64,000 nucleotides of DNA from Fimbriosthenelais zetlandica (Eukaryota), in the NCBI GenBank assembly GCA_977030845.1, contig OZ365116.1, forward strand, positions 18,228,001 through 18,292,000. Direction: 5' to 3'. The notes under the pieces were generated by a model. That model saw only the letters and a program-made list of their open reading frames with translations, was not told the DNA's origin and did not search any database. Of this stretch, positions 41,701 to 63,479 are shown piece after piece. A program made the position numbers and the translations under genes. Positions within the stretch are counted from its first letter, which is position 1. Each line of letters begins with the position of its first letter.

Positions 41701-44700
41701 TCTTCATTAAACATACACTATTGTTGGAGATCAGCGGGAATGTGTGATCCATACACACGTATGGCACTCTCTAACTCACCTCCGACATATAATCATATTT
41801 GGCAGTCCCCGGGAGAAAATAATTCAATTTACTCCCATTTTAACACATTTTGTGAGTATTTTTATTCGATCACATGATAATTATTTTCAATACACAAATG
41901 GAGCACTCTTATGGTGTCAGTAAAAGTCAATGATCGGCGAAGTGTTTGTTCCAATAAGAGAACCTAACCAAGCCAAGGTCAATACATGTATACTATTTTT
42001 TTTCTCCCCAACTGGGATCTATTTCAATCCCCTCAACCCCAATTTTATCAGTTCAGTCGCCTTGAGGCGTTAAACGGGCGTTTTTCTCCCAACTAGACAT
42101 CTTAATTTCACCTGTAATGAGCCTCTTATGTAAGGGCCAAACCTTCAGGTGAGAAGGGTCCTCTACCAATAACCCCTAACCACATTACCATAATTGCCCC
42201 TCCGCCCCTTAAACCAACCAGTGGACCTCACAACCCCCTCCGCCACCCCCTTTAGACTTCTCTTCTTAATCGCCTTTCCCAATCGAAGCCGATGCAACAC
42301 GGGGTGCTAAACACCACTTTTGCTCATTGTGGCTTCTTGATCAAGTTACTATTAGGGCCCCCAGTGGTCAGTCGGTGGTCAAGGCCAAAGTAGCCCACCC
42401 CTGGGGATTGACCATAGTGTCCACTCGGCCCCTGCATGGTCATCCCTGGGGTTCACACAACTCTCCATTCATACATTATTCTCCATACGGTCCAATAACT
42501 GAGTTCAGCAATCTAGAAGATCGACACGCCACTATACCGTGTTTTTCATATTAGTTTATGATTTAGAGAAAAATATCTTGTATACCTGGTATTGGCAATA
42601 ATTGCATATACAATGAAATCGAGGTGGGAGAAAAAAGTATGAATTAGCGCCATGTAATGGATTCTCTGAGCTAATTTAACATGCGTGGGGGGGGGGGGGG
42701 GGGGGGGGGGGGATGGGGGCCGGTCTGTGTGTACAAACACTCACACATTCAAAGAATCGTTGCTTCCTCCTCGATTAATTTGAGACAATACTTAAATATC
42801 CAGGGTTGAGGCTCAAGATTTTAATGAAAATATACCAAGAATGGTTGCTCGGCATTTAACCTAAACATTTACTATGAAATTAAACATTCCAAGTACGTAA
42901 CCAACAACCCTGGACAGAATTCAAAACCTCGCAATGAAGGACTCCATGCCTCAACTTTCGCGGGTCTATGTATCTATCAAAAGTGGGAATTTTTATTTAA
43001 TATAGCTACCCTAAAACTAATCCTCCTTATGTTTTAATAATATAAATATTATGCATCTTCGTCAGTGATCTTTACAAATCAATCAGAAACGTTACCAAGG
43101 CATGTCATTCCATTGTAAATAGTATAAATAAAAATTTGTCAAAGCTTGAAAGTTAAAATACTTTTCATCAAGATCTCATGAATTGAGGGTTGATGTGGAC
43201 TCATGGCCACACATATAGGATCAATCCACGTGTGGAGAGGATCTTTCCTTCACAAGATAATGTCAGAAACTAAAACCTTTCCACAGTATTAAGTCTCATT
43301 TGAGAAACTGAGTCGCCTTTTCTGCCTTTGAAGGGAAACCTCAGACGGTTTATCAGGGAGATTTAGATGAAGCGCTGTGTCAGAGGTAAGGCAGGTGTAC
43401 CTGCACGCCCTCTACAGGTAACAGGCCTAACTAAGACAGGCCTTATCATTCAACAGACGCGTTCTTCTTCATAATTCAATACTTGGCGATCAGGCAATCT
43501 CATCAGAAAAAATAGTGTAAAAATAGGCCTTTATCTTAGTGGCTTTGGTGGCTTAGGCCACACGGTGAATTCATTATAGGAGCTGCTGTCTTGAGCATCG
43601 TATTAAAACGTGCTATCAATAAGACAATTTGGTGTTAGTTACAAAGTGGCCTCTCAAGGCATTTGGCAATAAGCTTCTATTTTATCAAGGTGCATCTGAT
43701 ACAAACACAAGTGCTTCATCCAACTTCCCATCACATTTCTCAGCAAGTCAAAGCAGCCGCTCAGAGAAAATATTTCAATCTTACCAGATTAAAAAATAAA
43801 ATGTTTTTCCCTACAGGAAGACAGCAGTGAGCAACGGGAGGAAAAAATGAAAATAAATTGATTTAAACATTAAAATTAATGAGGAAATTCAATTTACTGG
43901 CAAGGTAAGGTCATCTAACTTTAGAAAAGGGCATATAAAGAAAAATGTATGGGTTGATTCTGGATCCGATTGATTGAATAACGTTAAAGTGTCGCGTGCT
44001 TCTTGGGTAAAATACTAATACAAAACAAAATGGAAAAAGACAAGGAATGAATGCGGAGGCAGCCTGGATAAAGTGATCAAAGGAGAATTGAGTCTTATCC
44101 TTTGAAAAAATTCTATGATTTAAAAAGATCAGCATTTAAATTCGCCAAATCTTTGGTAAACCTGTCAAATACGTATAGGTTTCAATAAAATTCATGAGAG
44201 CACCCAATCATTGAGGTGGTCGCTAAAGATCAGTAGGACCGACTGAGAGTGAACTAAAAAACACCAATTATCAAATTAAAGGTTACTCCTCACTTGTATA
44301 TGACGATCTGGGCAGGGAAAGACTCTAACTGTTCTCTAATTACCGACTATGTACAGACAAGAACAGTAGCCGGCGACAGCGAAATCGCGCCGATGATGCA
44401 TCGCACCATTTAACTAAGAAAGGGGGAAATAAGGAGGAAAAAATTCAACAGCTTCTTTTTATGCGAACGAAAACACATTAAGATATCCTAATGGTGGGGC
44501 GGAGTGAGGGACGGGAGAGCGATCAAATAGAGAGAGAAAAGTTAAAAGGGGGGAGTTGCCATATCGCTCTCGTTATCCTCTTCATTTGGGTGTGTGGCGG
44601 GAGACTTCTGAGGCTATAGAAAAGCCAATCCATCTTCTGAACCCAACTTTAACGCCCCCACCTGACTGTATGGGTAAGTGAGGGGAAAAGCGCGAAAAAT

Positions 44701-47700
44701 GAGTCCCTTGGGAGGACACGTACCGGTAGTTGGAAGTTCAAATCCCACATGGAAAGGGAACTACAGCAGTCATTAATAGCTTTCATTGGAAAACAAGTCT
44801 ACAGGGATTGGACCTCCTAGTGTTCACTGATCACGTAGGCCAAATTATATCACAGATCAATTAGAAAAATGATCCGACAGGAAATATGGTCATTCATGGA
44901 TTTGTTAACACCTTTCGGACACCCAGTCAAAAGAACTGGGGAATCAAGTCATCTATATAACGCTACAAACTCCCGCTGAGATAATAAATTTATATTCTCT
45001 GTCACCAATTTTATATCATTTTTCTGATACAAAAAGTGGTCCATAAGATTTTTTCTCTAGCACGGGGGTATTAAGGTGGATGCGTTGATTAAGATATCTG
45101 CACATTTTATCCTGATCTGGTCATTTAATCCTTAATGGTAGGGACATCAAAGGTGCGGTGCTTGACACGTTATTTATTTATTATAAAATCCAAGAGGAAA
45201 GTAACGCCCAGCAGGTGGGAATGGGAAGCAGTCTTGATCCCTAGATTGGTGTTCTGTTTCTATTCCCTCACATCTAGCACATAATTCAACGGGTGGTAGA
45301 AAGTACCAGCCATTGTAAACACAATAATGGCTGTGCAGAGAGAAAAAAGAGAGTCGATCCAAGTCCGGGCAATTTTAGTAAAATCTTTTAAAGGGGCAGC
45401 GCTAGCTGGAGCAGGGTAAAGCGGACTACTTTTAGGACTACTTTTACTCTGCACTTTTTTAAAATCTCAGAGCGCAGTGGTGGAGATCAAAGACAAGGAT
45501 GACAAGAGACTGCGGGAGGAGATCAAAGTAGAGAAGTCATCTCCATCCGGGCGGATCATCCTTCCAGACATGTCAGAGGGACAAAGCCCGGGCTAGACAT
45601 AGGCGCTAAGTTGGTTACATGAGAGGTCTGCCTGATCTGGTGGGAGAGATGGGTATGAGGGCTCAGCAAAAAAACAAAAGCTCCCACACGCCTTAACACA
45701 AGAAATTAATGCTCCCTGACCCAGGATCATGGGTAGTGGTAGGTTCACATGAAATAGTCAGGTCTTCCTTACCTTCAGTTCAAGGTAAGGGGGCTGTTCT
45801 ACAGGTTACATTGTCGTATTCCTGTCTCAATTGATTGTGTGAAACCTCAATCTCACAAACCTGATCCTGAATTAAAACTTAGGAGTTTGGCTTTGTATCT
45901 CACACGTCTCTTATAGTATACCCTTAATCTAAATTAATGAAGATAAAGATGGGATACAATACGTACAAGATTTGGGGTTTTCCTCAACAAATTGATACTA
46001 ATCAGCCAAATTCAATCATATCCTGTACTTGTACATAAATCTGTCTGGGGACCTACACTGAGAAGGAGGCCTTCTGATTATATCTCAGCAATATTTCAGA
46101 TTTGGAGTTTGATATGTTTCTTTTCAATGGTCTCCATTAATTGTTCAAAAGTCATAATGTAGGTAGGCACAGACCAGACAGTACTTTTCTATATGAATTT
46201 TCTATGATTCTAATTTTTTAATCAAATTTCAACCACCAGAGGCTACAGCCCTTGAATATGAGCAGCTAATCTGGATTAACTTTCCCACATCTCTTATAAT
46301 ACCTAAGTCACTCATTTTATAAATATTTTCATTCTATTTTCCATACTATACAGCTAGGCTAACTGTAAAGGGCTAACTGCATTTGTAAAGGGCCTGGAGC
46401 CTACGGTGGGTGTTAAGGAAAGTGCAGTGATTGAGGTTGGGTTTAGCAGGGGTTTAACACAGTTATCTGTCACAAGGTGAGAAGTGAGCACCCTACTCAC
46501 TCCGCCCTACATATCAAATCCTCTTCTTTCATGTTCACAGATTGTGATACTTGACACCAAGCCCTTAAAACTTAGCCACCCAAGCCGCTATACAAAACCA
46601 CCAGATGCGCATAAAACAGATAAAAATCTTATGTTAAAAAAGGTTAAGAACAAGAACGAATCAGACAGCGTAGAAATAAAATAGTAAAGATAGTTCACCA
46701 ACATCAAATAAGACTGATCAACATATGTCTTATGATACAAATGATCAAATCTTAAACGATGACTTTCACAAAGATTAAGGGGAATGGGCGTTTAATAGAT
46801 CACAATGGCCGACACACCTGTGGGTGTGAGGATCTATAATAGTTAAGGCCTGAACACCTGGGAGCTATCACGCTCCTTCACCCCCTCAGGCCTGTGTATA
46901 GAAGAGGGCGGGCGCTCGTGTGGCTACCGTCCACTAGGCCTAAGGGGTCACTCTACCTTACTGCCCCCTACTGGTTAGATCACCAGTAGATGGCAGGGTC
47001 ATCATTCATCATGATCTGGCCAGGTGGCATACACTTACACATAGTTCAGACCATTAAACAGTTTTCATTTTTTCAAGAAACCTTCACACGTTAGCAAATA
47101 TCAAATGTCGTAAGATTCATGAATTTAATCAATAAGTGGTTCACATTTAATTTCCGAGTAACATTTACTGAATACTGTTTTGATTAACTTAAGGTAAATA
47201 TTTCAAGAGATTTTCCTCCCTGAACATAGACCGTTTCTTATGATGGCTTATTGAGAACCAGCACCGGTTAGTTTATCATACACGGCGAGTTCTAGGAACA
47301 TTATATTATCGACATGTAGGTGCAAGTCTACCAACCACCAAACAATTAATGAATGCTTTTATACAAAATACCATGTCCATGAATGTGAATATTATCAATA
47401 GAGAGATGTACTCACTGGCCCTCTTTGTGCCGCACGCCGTGTTTGTGCATGTCATATGGCAGTCGTCGTGAACCCAGGTTGTCAAAGCTGCGGATGATCC
47501 CTCCACGCTGCAGGATCGCGTCAGACGATCTTTTAATGGCTTGCAACATCTGAGGCTAAAATTAAATAATACACAAATTATATGTATAAATAAGGCTAGG
47601 ATTAGGATTAGGCCCACATGTATTCATTATTTTAAATGCATCATTTCAATTTAGCCTAAAAAATTTACAAGTAGGCTATAAGTAAACGTACGAGATACTA

Positions 47701-49692
47701 TTAGTTTTCATTTAACTCACTTTTACTAAGGATTCTTTCTGGTAGGCCTATTTCTTCCTTAGATTTAGAGAACCATTTTGGATCCCATTTTCTATTTTGG
47801 GGGATTTTGAGCAAATATATAAAGGAAAACTCAATCGAATGGCATAATATGGCTCGTTTAACAAAAAGGTAACAGGCCCTATACATGTGAGATGCTGCCA
47901 CCTGGTGTAGGGTACGGTATTCAGAACTACTATTAACTAAGAGGGACTGTGAGGGAGCCATTTTTGTCGCCAGTTGGAGAAGAAGCAGACTTTACTCAAA
48001 GATAGTTTAATACACTGCTTTGGCGTCAGTTGACTATTGGGCTCATGTCCGTGGATTATTGGCCACCTATTAAACCCTGTGATTTAACACTGCGCCAGTG
48101 ATTGTGGCTGGTCAGTGGGCAGTGGTGAGGAGGGGTGTTTGGATATGCGTATGACCCCTATCAGATCTTTTGACCCCCTGACCCTGTGAAGCTTTCTACC
48201 TTCACCTGCAAATCAGTGAATGGTTGGCTTGTACTTCCAACTGAACTACCCCCCCCCCCCCCCCCCCCCCTTTCCCACTCTCCAATACAATACACCCAGC
48301 AGAGCGTGTGCTGTATGTGTGAAACTGAAAGCTTAGGACCCCCGCCCTCCCACCTCTCCAATACATGTGTGAAAGCTAAGACCCCGTCTTGTACCTCGAA
48401 CCTCCAACCAGCCAGGACCAGTTTACCTGGGGTTGGTTTCATGCTTCACTGGTTTTCTGGAGCCCTTACTAAAAGTAAACATGTTTATCTACTGCCAAAC
48501 TCATGACCCCAACTCAACTGACACAGTGACAGTGACATACTCTTGTGTATGTACGAGGATATTGTTCCCACCTGGTCATCGGGAGGTGACCGCCAGAATG
48601 ACTCTCTGTTTGTTGACAGTTAGATTTCTCCTCGTAGTTTTAGCTATCATGGACCAATGAGGTCGTAGAAAAACTACCATGTGACAATACCTTAGAGATA
48701 TGGGGACCACCCCTTGACAGAAAAGGTGTGGGGGTGTGTCAATCTTTGTTTACCTTGACTACCAAGACAGGGTACGTGGGGAGTGGGGATCACTCACCAA
48801 AAGATATATTTCTCTAGGTTTAGGCGGTTTCGGCCCACCAGGGACTCATCAGACCTTATAGATGAACAGGTAGAATTTATTATATATTAAAGGATTTAAT
48901 ATATTAAATGCGGTATACCTAGTAACTAAGAAATTAATTAGCTTAGGTTTTTATTTATATGTCAGTATAGCCAGTGGCTTGGAGAAAAGAGTGAGCCATT
49001 CCGTGTACCCGATTGACAGGTATGGGTGGGGGGTACTATTCCGTTTATTGTGAGTATAAATTCTTTCTCTATCCAATACCGCAAAAAGGGGGGTCGGATA
49101 ATTTGAGAAAAATTTTTTTTGACGTGGCGTTCAGTGTACCCCTCACTTTAACTCACCCATATTGTGAATCCATTATATTTAAACCGTAGGGGCTTTGGCT
49201 CTTTAGCCTATGGATCCAATTGAATTCTATCATATTCCTCAGTGATTTCGCTCTATCACTCTCTGGGTGTCTGTATATAAAAAAATTTTCTCAAATTATC
49301 CGACCCCCCTTTTTGCGGTATTGGATAGAGAAAGAATTCATACTCACAGCGACATACTGTGTCAGTCACACTCACAGACACAGCGACATTCAACTAACCG
49401 TCTAACGGACGGTAAGCGTTAACACGAAGTTAGCTTATGGTATTTGATGAACCAACATTTAAGGAGAATTTTTTCATTCACACAGATTATTATACAACAT
49501 TGAATTAGTGTGGAAACGAGTAACTTTGCCGGTGACATTCAGGATCCCGTTTTCACGTGAGCGATAATACCAGTAATGGCTGATATGCTTTACACAAAAT
49601 GCGATTCACAAGGTAATGCTTACAATTAATACTCAAAAACAACTCACACGACCAAGATTTCTCAATATCAAAGCTGCTTCATAGGCTGGCAT
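32752..49692 (-). CDS. MRPS6: Mitochondrial ribosomal protein S6 (bS6m), 133 aa. Exons (minus strand) 49692-49648, 47555-47416, 32968-32752
   Basis: The spliced translation MPAYEAALILRNLGR/PQMLQAIKRSSDAILQRGGIIRSFDNLGSRRLPYDMHKHGVRHKEGQ/YFLVHFDSPNAILLGLRDQLDLDVDIIRPRILRK...KRLIRKK* aligns with human MRPS6 (MPRYELALILK..RGAIVRDLENLGERALPY..GYFLVDF..DIDVIR). Both donors are GTGAGT with canonical acceptors. Phases are 0 and 2, and 45+140+217=402 nt. AATAAA lies on the minus strand at 32674-32679. Confidence 0.93.
42687..42712 (+). repeat. Poly-G run (26 nt) in MRPS6 intron 2
   Basis: Seen directly in the sequence. Confidence 0.95.
48249..48270 (+). repeat. Poly-C run (22 nt) in MRPS6 intron 1
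   Basis: Seen directly in the sequence. Confidence 0.95.
48795..48880 (-). ncRNA. Degenerate type-I hammerhead-ribozyme-like motif (Penelope-like/retrozyme remnant?)
   Basis: The minus strand reads ataaggt-CTGATGAG-TCCC-TGGT-GGGC-CGAAAC-CGCCTAAACCTAG. Both conserved core boxes are present around a stem II with one mismatch, and aggt/acct gives partial stem I pairing. The stem III/GUH cleavage triplet is not intact. Confidence 0.45.
49049..49415. mobile_element. Non-autonomous element with a ~70-bp inverted repeat and terminal hairpin (MITE or Helentron/HINE-like)
   Basis: Arms 49049-~49119 and 49279-49348 are reverse complements apart from one mismatch and an indel in a homopolymer. They are followed by CACAGACA-like simple sequence and the hairpin accgtc-taacg-gacggt at 49397-49413. 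No target-site duplication flanks the arms. Confidence 0.55.
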
Positions 49693-50164
49693 GGCGATAA
49701 ATGGGTTAATTATAGGGAAACTGGATAAAATTACTTCAACAAAAACCTCCCGCCGTGTTGACGACGCACGCACGAGATCCCGACGATCACGTGACATGTG
49801 AGACTGAAAAGCAGGGCCTGAACGAGTATAACAAATACTCGCCATAATTAATATGAAAATAATCTCCATAAAGATATCTCAACTCAACAAAAAATAGTTA
49901 TTCGCTACTATTGTTCCAAAGAGTGATTATTTTTCTAATATAATACGTAAAGAACCAATTATATTTCTCAATCAGTACGGAAAAAACATGGTTAGAGCAC
50001 TGCTTTGAGGCTAGTGTCCGCCATCATTGTTTTGGGTTGGCTGAGGTAGGCAGGTCAATGTCTCGCTATTTTAGCTATGCTTTTGACGAATTATGACCCT
50101 TTAGTTACGTTTTTGAGGCTGACTAAGAAGGAGGGTGTGTGCAGGAGCATTTTGTGCACAGACG
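49693..50164. promoter_or_regulatory. Bidirectional promoter MRPS6 <- -> TAK1
   Basis: The divergent ATGs are only 472 nt apart. The interval has a CpG-rich patch, a TCACGTGA E-box at 49787-49794 and a YY1-like CCGCCATCATT at 50018-50028. A probable TAK1 5'UTR intron spans 50046-50161 (GAG|gtaggc ... tgcacag|ACGATG). Confidence 0.75.
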
Positions 50165-55677
<5,513 letters not shown>

Positions 55678-56439
55678 TGACTTCACAACATTCTCATTTT
55701 ACATAAAGATAATGTAAATAGCCTAACCCCCAAAATAATAGGCCTTTCTTCATCTAAATACAATCCATCCACTTGAATGGAAATGTTTAGCTCATATAAA
55801 TGCGTCATTCTCTCATAGATTCTATTCCCATTTTAATTCCTTGATATTTTAAGATTGAATCTTTCCCAATGTATAGAAGCAATGAATCATCAAATGAATA
55901 TGTCGAAGGTTATGCTTATAGTAAGACAATATAATTTTACATTACAACTAATTTTGTTGCCTAATAACGGCTTAAACGCAGATATATAAGTGCTTGGCTA
56001 AATATGAATAATTATGTCGAAGAAAATGAAATGAATTCCCTCGAAATACTGCAGCCTATTACAGGGGTTCCTCATTCAATAATAATTTAAATATCCTCTA
56101 GAGAAATAGAATGTAAAAATTGTGTATATAAAATGTGTAATGGAGTTTTTAAGGCGGAATAAACATATTTTGAAGAATATTATCGCAGTCACAGTCATTC
56201 ACCATGCTCCCACCTGACGGGGAAACCAGAAACTAGTGATTTTCTAATCTGGGACTTTACTCGATTCTCCTCCACATACATGATCCCACGTGCCTTTCCC
56301 ACATACCGTAAACTATAAATTACATTTCTATCACAAATTCTTTCATTATAACTAACGGGAAAGTGTTTTAAAGATTGAATTACGGCGTACCGGGAGCCTA
56401 CCTCGTGGTGTTGTCTGCAACTTGTTTACCTCTCTCGCC

Positions 56440-56554
56440 ATCTCTCGGCCGGCGCGTGACTTCACGTGGGACTTCCGCCACACGGCGCGGCCATCTTTGT
56501 TTTGGTGGACTGAAAAGAAATACGCATCCAGGTTAAACCCCCAAAACTACAATC
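56440..56554 (+). promoter_or_regulatory. CDC5L housekeeping-type promoter
   Basis: A CpG-rich patch immediately upstream of the ATG contains CACGTG (56463-56468), ETS ACTTCCG (56471-56477) and YY1-like GGCCATCTT (56489-56497). Confidence 0.55.
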
Positions 56555-61368
<4,814 letters not shown>

Positions 61369-62217
61369 AACAGTCGGGTGCAGATTTTACATTATCATCT
61401 TACTACATTATTTGTTCCTATATTGAGGTACAGTTTATTACTGACTGATGACTTCTGATTATTGTGTTTGTGTCCTCGCAAATTAAACTATTATCTTGGT
61501 ACTAAATGGGGAGGTTGTTCATTAAGTTGGACTAAATAAAGTACGATAGAAGTAGAACTGGCCTCAGGTATGGCATCGATACGAAATGGACGCATTGTAA
61601 CTCACCATTGTAATGAGTAATAAAGAAAGTGTCGGCAATTTTATCTTAGGTATTTCCTTATATGTTAGATGTCTTAATCTAAGAAATTATGAACAAATAA
61701 ACGTAAGAAAAGAACAGGAACAAGTAACTCAATATGGTATGCGCTTTACCTTCCTGCAGATATCTACCGGATGATTATCTGAAAAAAAGCTTAATAATTA
61801 TGACCAAGAACATGTCAAATTTCAGCAATCATTAAATATTTATTCTTTTTGATATTCAATTCTCAAAGATAAATTTAAGGACGTGGGGAGAGTTTCAACT
61901 GAGAGGATAATATAAGGATTGAAGTATGTGGACATGGTCATCGTACAAGAACCAGTTTTGATAACATGCTCTGATAAAGGAGTTATTGTATTACAAGCAC
62001 AACTTCTAATTTCCCTGTTTTAACGAATGTCACTGGAGTGATACGTGTAAGTTCTATACAGTCAAGTGGGAGTTACACACCACTAGATTTTAAAAACTCG
62101 TATATACAATTAATATTACCTTAACTTTGTTGTAGTTTTCAAACATATTTGACACATGGAACCCAAGAAACATATTTTGATGTGTTTCATTCAACGATCT
62201 ACTCTAAGACAAATTAC

Positions 62218-63479
62218 CTAATTTCTTCCACAATTGTCTACTATAAGGTAGTCTTTAAGAAAATCAAAAATGCTACGAGACTGGATATTCCATGATCCAT
62301 TCGGCAAGAGCACAAAGCACTTGCAGCCCCATTTTGATACACGTCTATTTTCCTTACTAAAACTGGCAGATACTTTTGGCAAGTGTGTTACATTCTTATA
62401 GTAAAGCTCTTGACTCAAGTATGCAGAACTGTTTACTGTCAAGTTAATGAGATAATCTAGGAGATTATCACTGTAATGTGTTTGGGCTTTGCAAGCATAC
62501 AGTTATCACACATAATCTGTTAATGGACAGACTGGTTCGGGCAGGCCCAATAAGGGATCATTTCTCCGTATACTTCTACCTGAAACACTTATTTACCCTG
62601 AAAGCATCAAGTGTATTTATGTCATTTTTAACAAGGTATCTGACAGCCAAATCCTTAATCTTTATAGATGCCAACCATGCAGATGTAAACTGGGAAAGTT
62701 TAAAGATTGAAATTAAGGCAAGGGCATAATCAAAGAGAAGATCTCCATTCAAGAAATGTATCTGCATCTATGATTTCCCTCAATATTAAACTATATTGTT
62801 AAAGGCCATAATCATACACTATGTTGTCACTCTAAAATATTAACCTCATAAATACATGAACATTAAAAGAAAGCTTCATCTCCATATATATTTCTTTCAC
62901 ATCAAAATTGAGCAGTAGAATGAATTCCAACAACAGATAATGTGTGTCACCTCAGCAAGTGCCAAATCAGTTAGAAAAAATCATCAGCAAAATATGTTGT
63001 AGACCCATGTATGAATAGCAGACTTTTTCCAATAAAATAAAACCTAAATTAAGTTCCTACTTGAGAAATGGAGATAAAGATTCATAAACGAAGGTCCATG
63101 AAGGGAATAAGCCAGAGGCCAAGTCTCATATGTAGTACATGGTCAATATATGGTACATGTTCAGTATTTTCCTCGATATACATAATTTACAATAGTCTCA
63201 TACAACGGTGATATACCCAACTAGCCGAAGACAACAGCCAGTAACGACATCTCCTTAATATTGTGAAATCTGTACATAGGATGAGAGAACAGGTCCCAAT
63301 CCACACCTACAATTCTTATATATGACACCAATCTGCCTAGCTATAATATACAAAATAGCAGCCACTACAGAGAGAATACCTAGTTGCTTAACTTTACACT
63401 TTATCATATCACATTCTGAAAAACACCCAATTATGACTACAGGTAAATGAAAGGATGACCCCCAACATAACATATACAA
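62218..63479 (-). pseudogene. Possible decayed coding sequence (type II membrane, glycosyltransferase-like layout), family unidentified
   Basis: Minus-strand open fragments in different frames include a basic-plus-hydrophobic N-terminal-like segment (MIKCKVKQLGILSVVAAILYII), a DxD-like IIDADTFLEW, FDYALALISIFKLSQFTSAWLASI and an 80-aa terminal fragment. They are separated by stops and frameshifts with no convincing introns. No homolog is recognised. Confidence 0.25.

Noticed and set aside
33346-45983. NF-kB sites GGAATCCCCC (33346) and GGGGTTTTCC (45974)
   Set aside because: Two matches to a degenerate 10-mer in 64 kb is about what chance gives.
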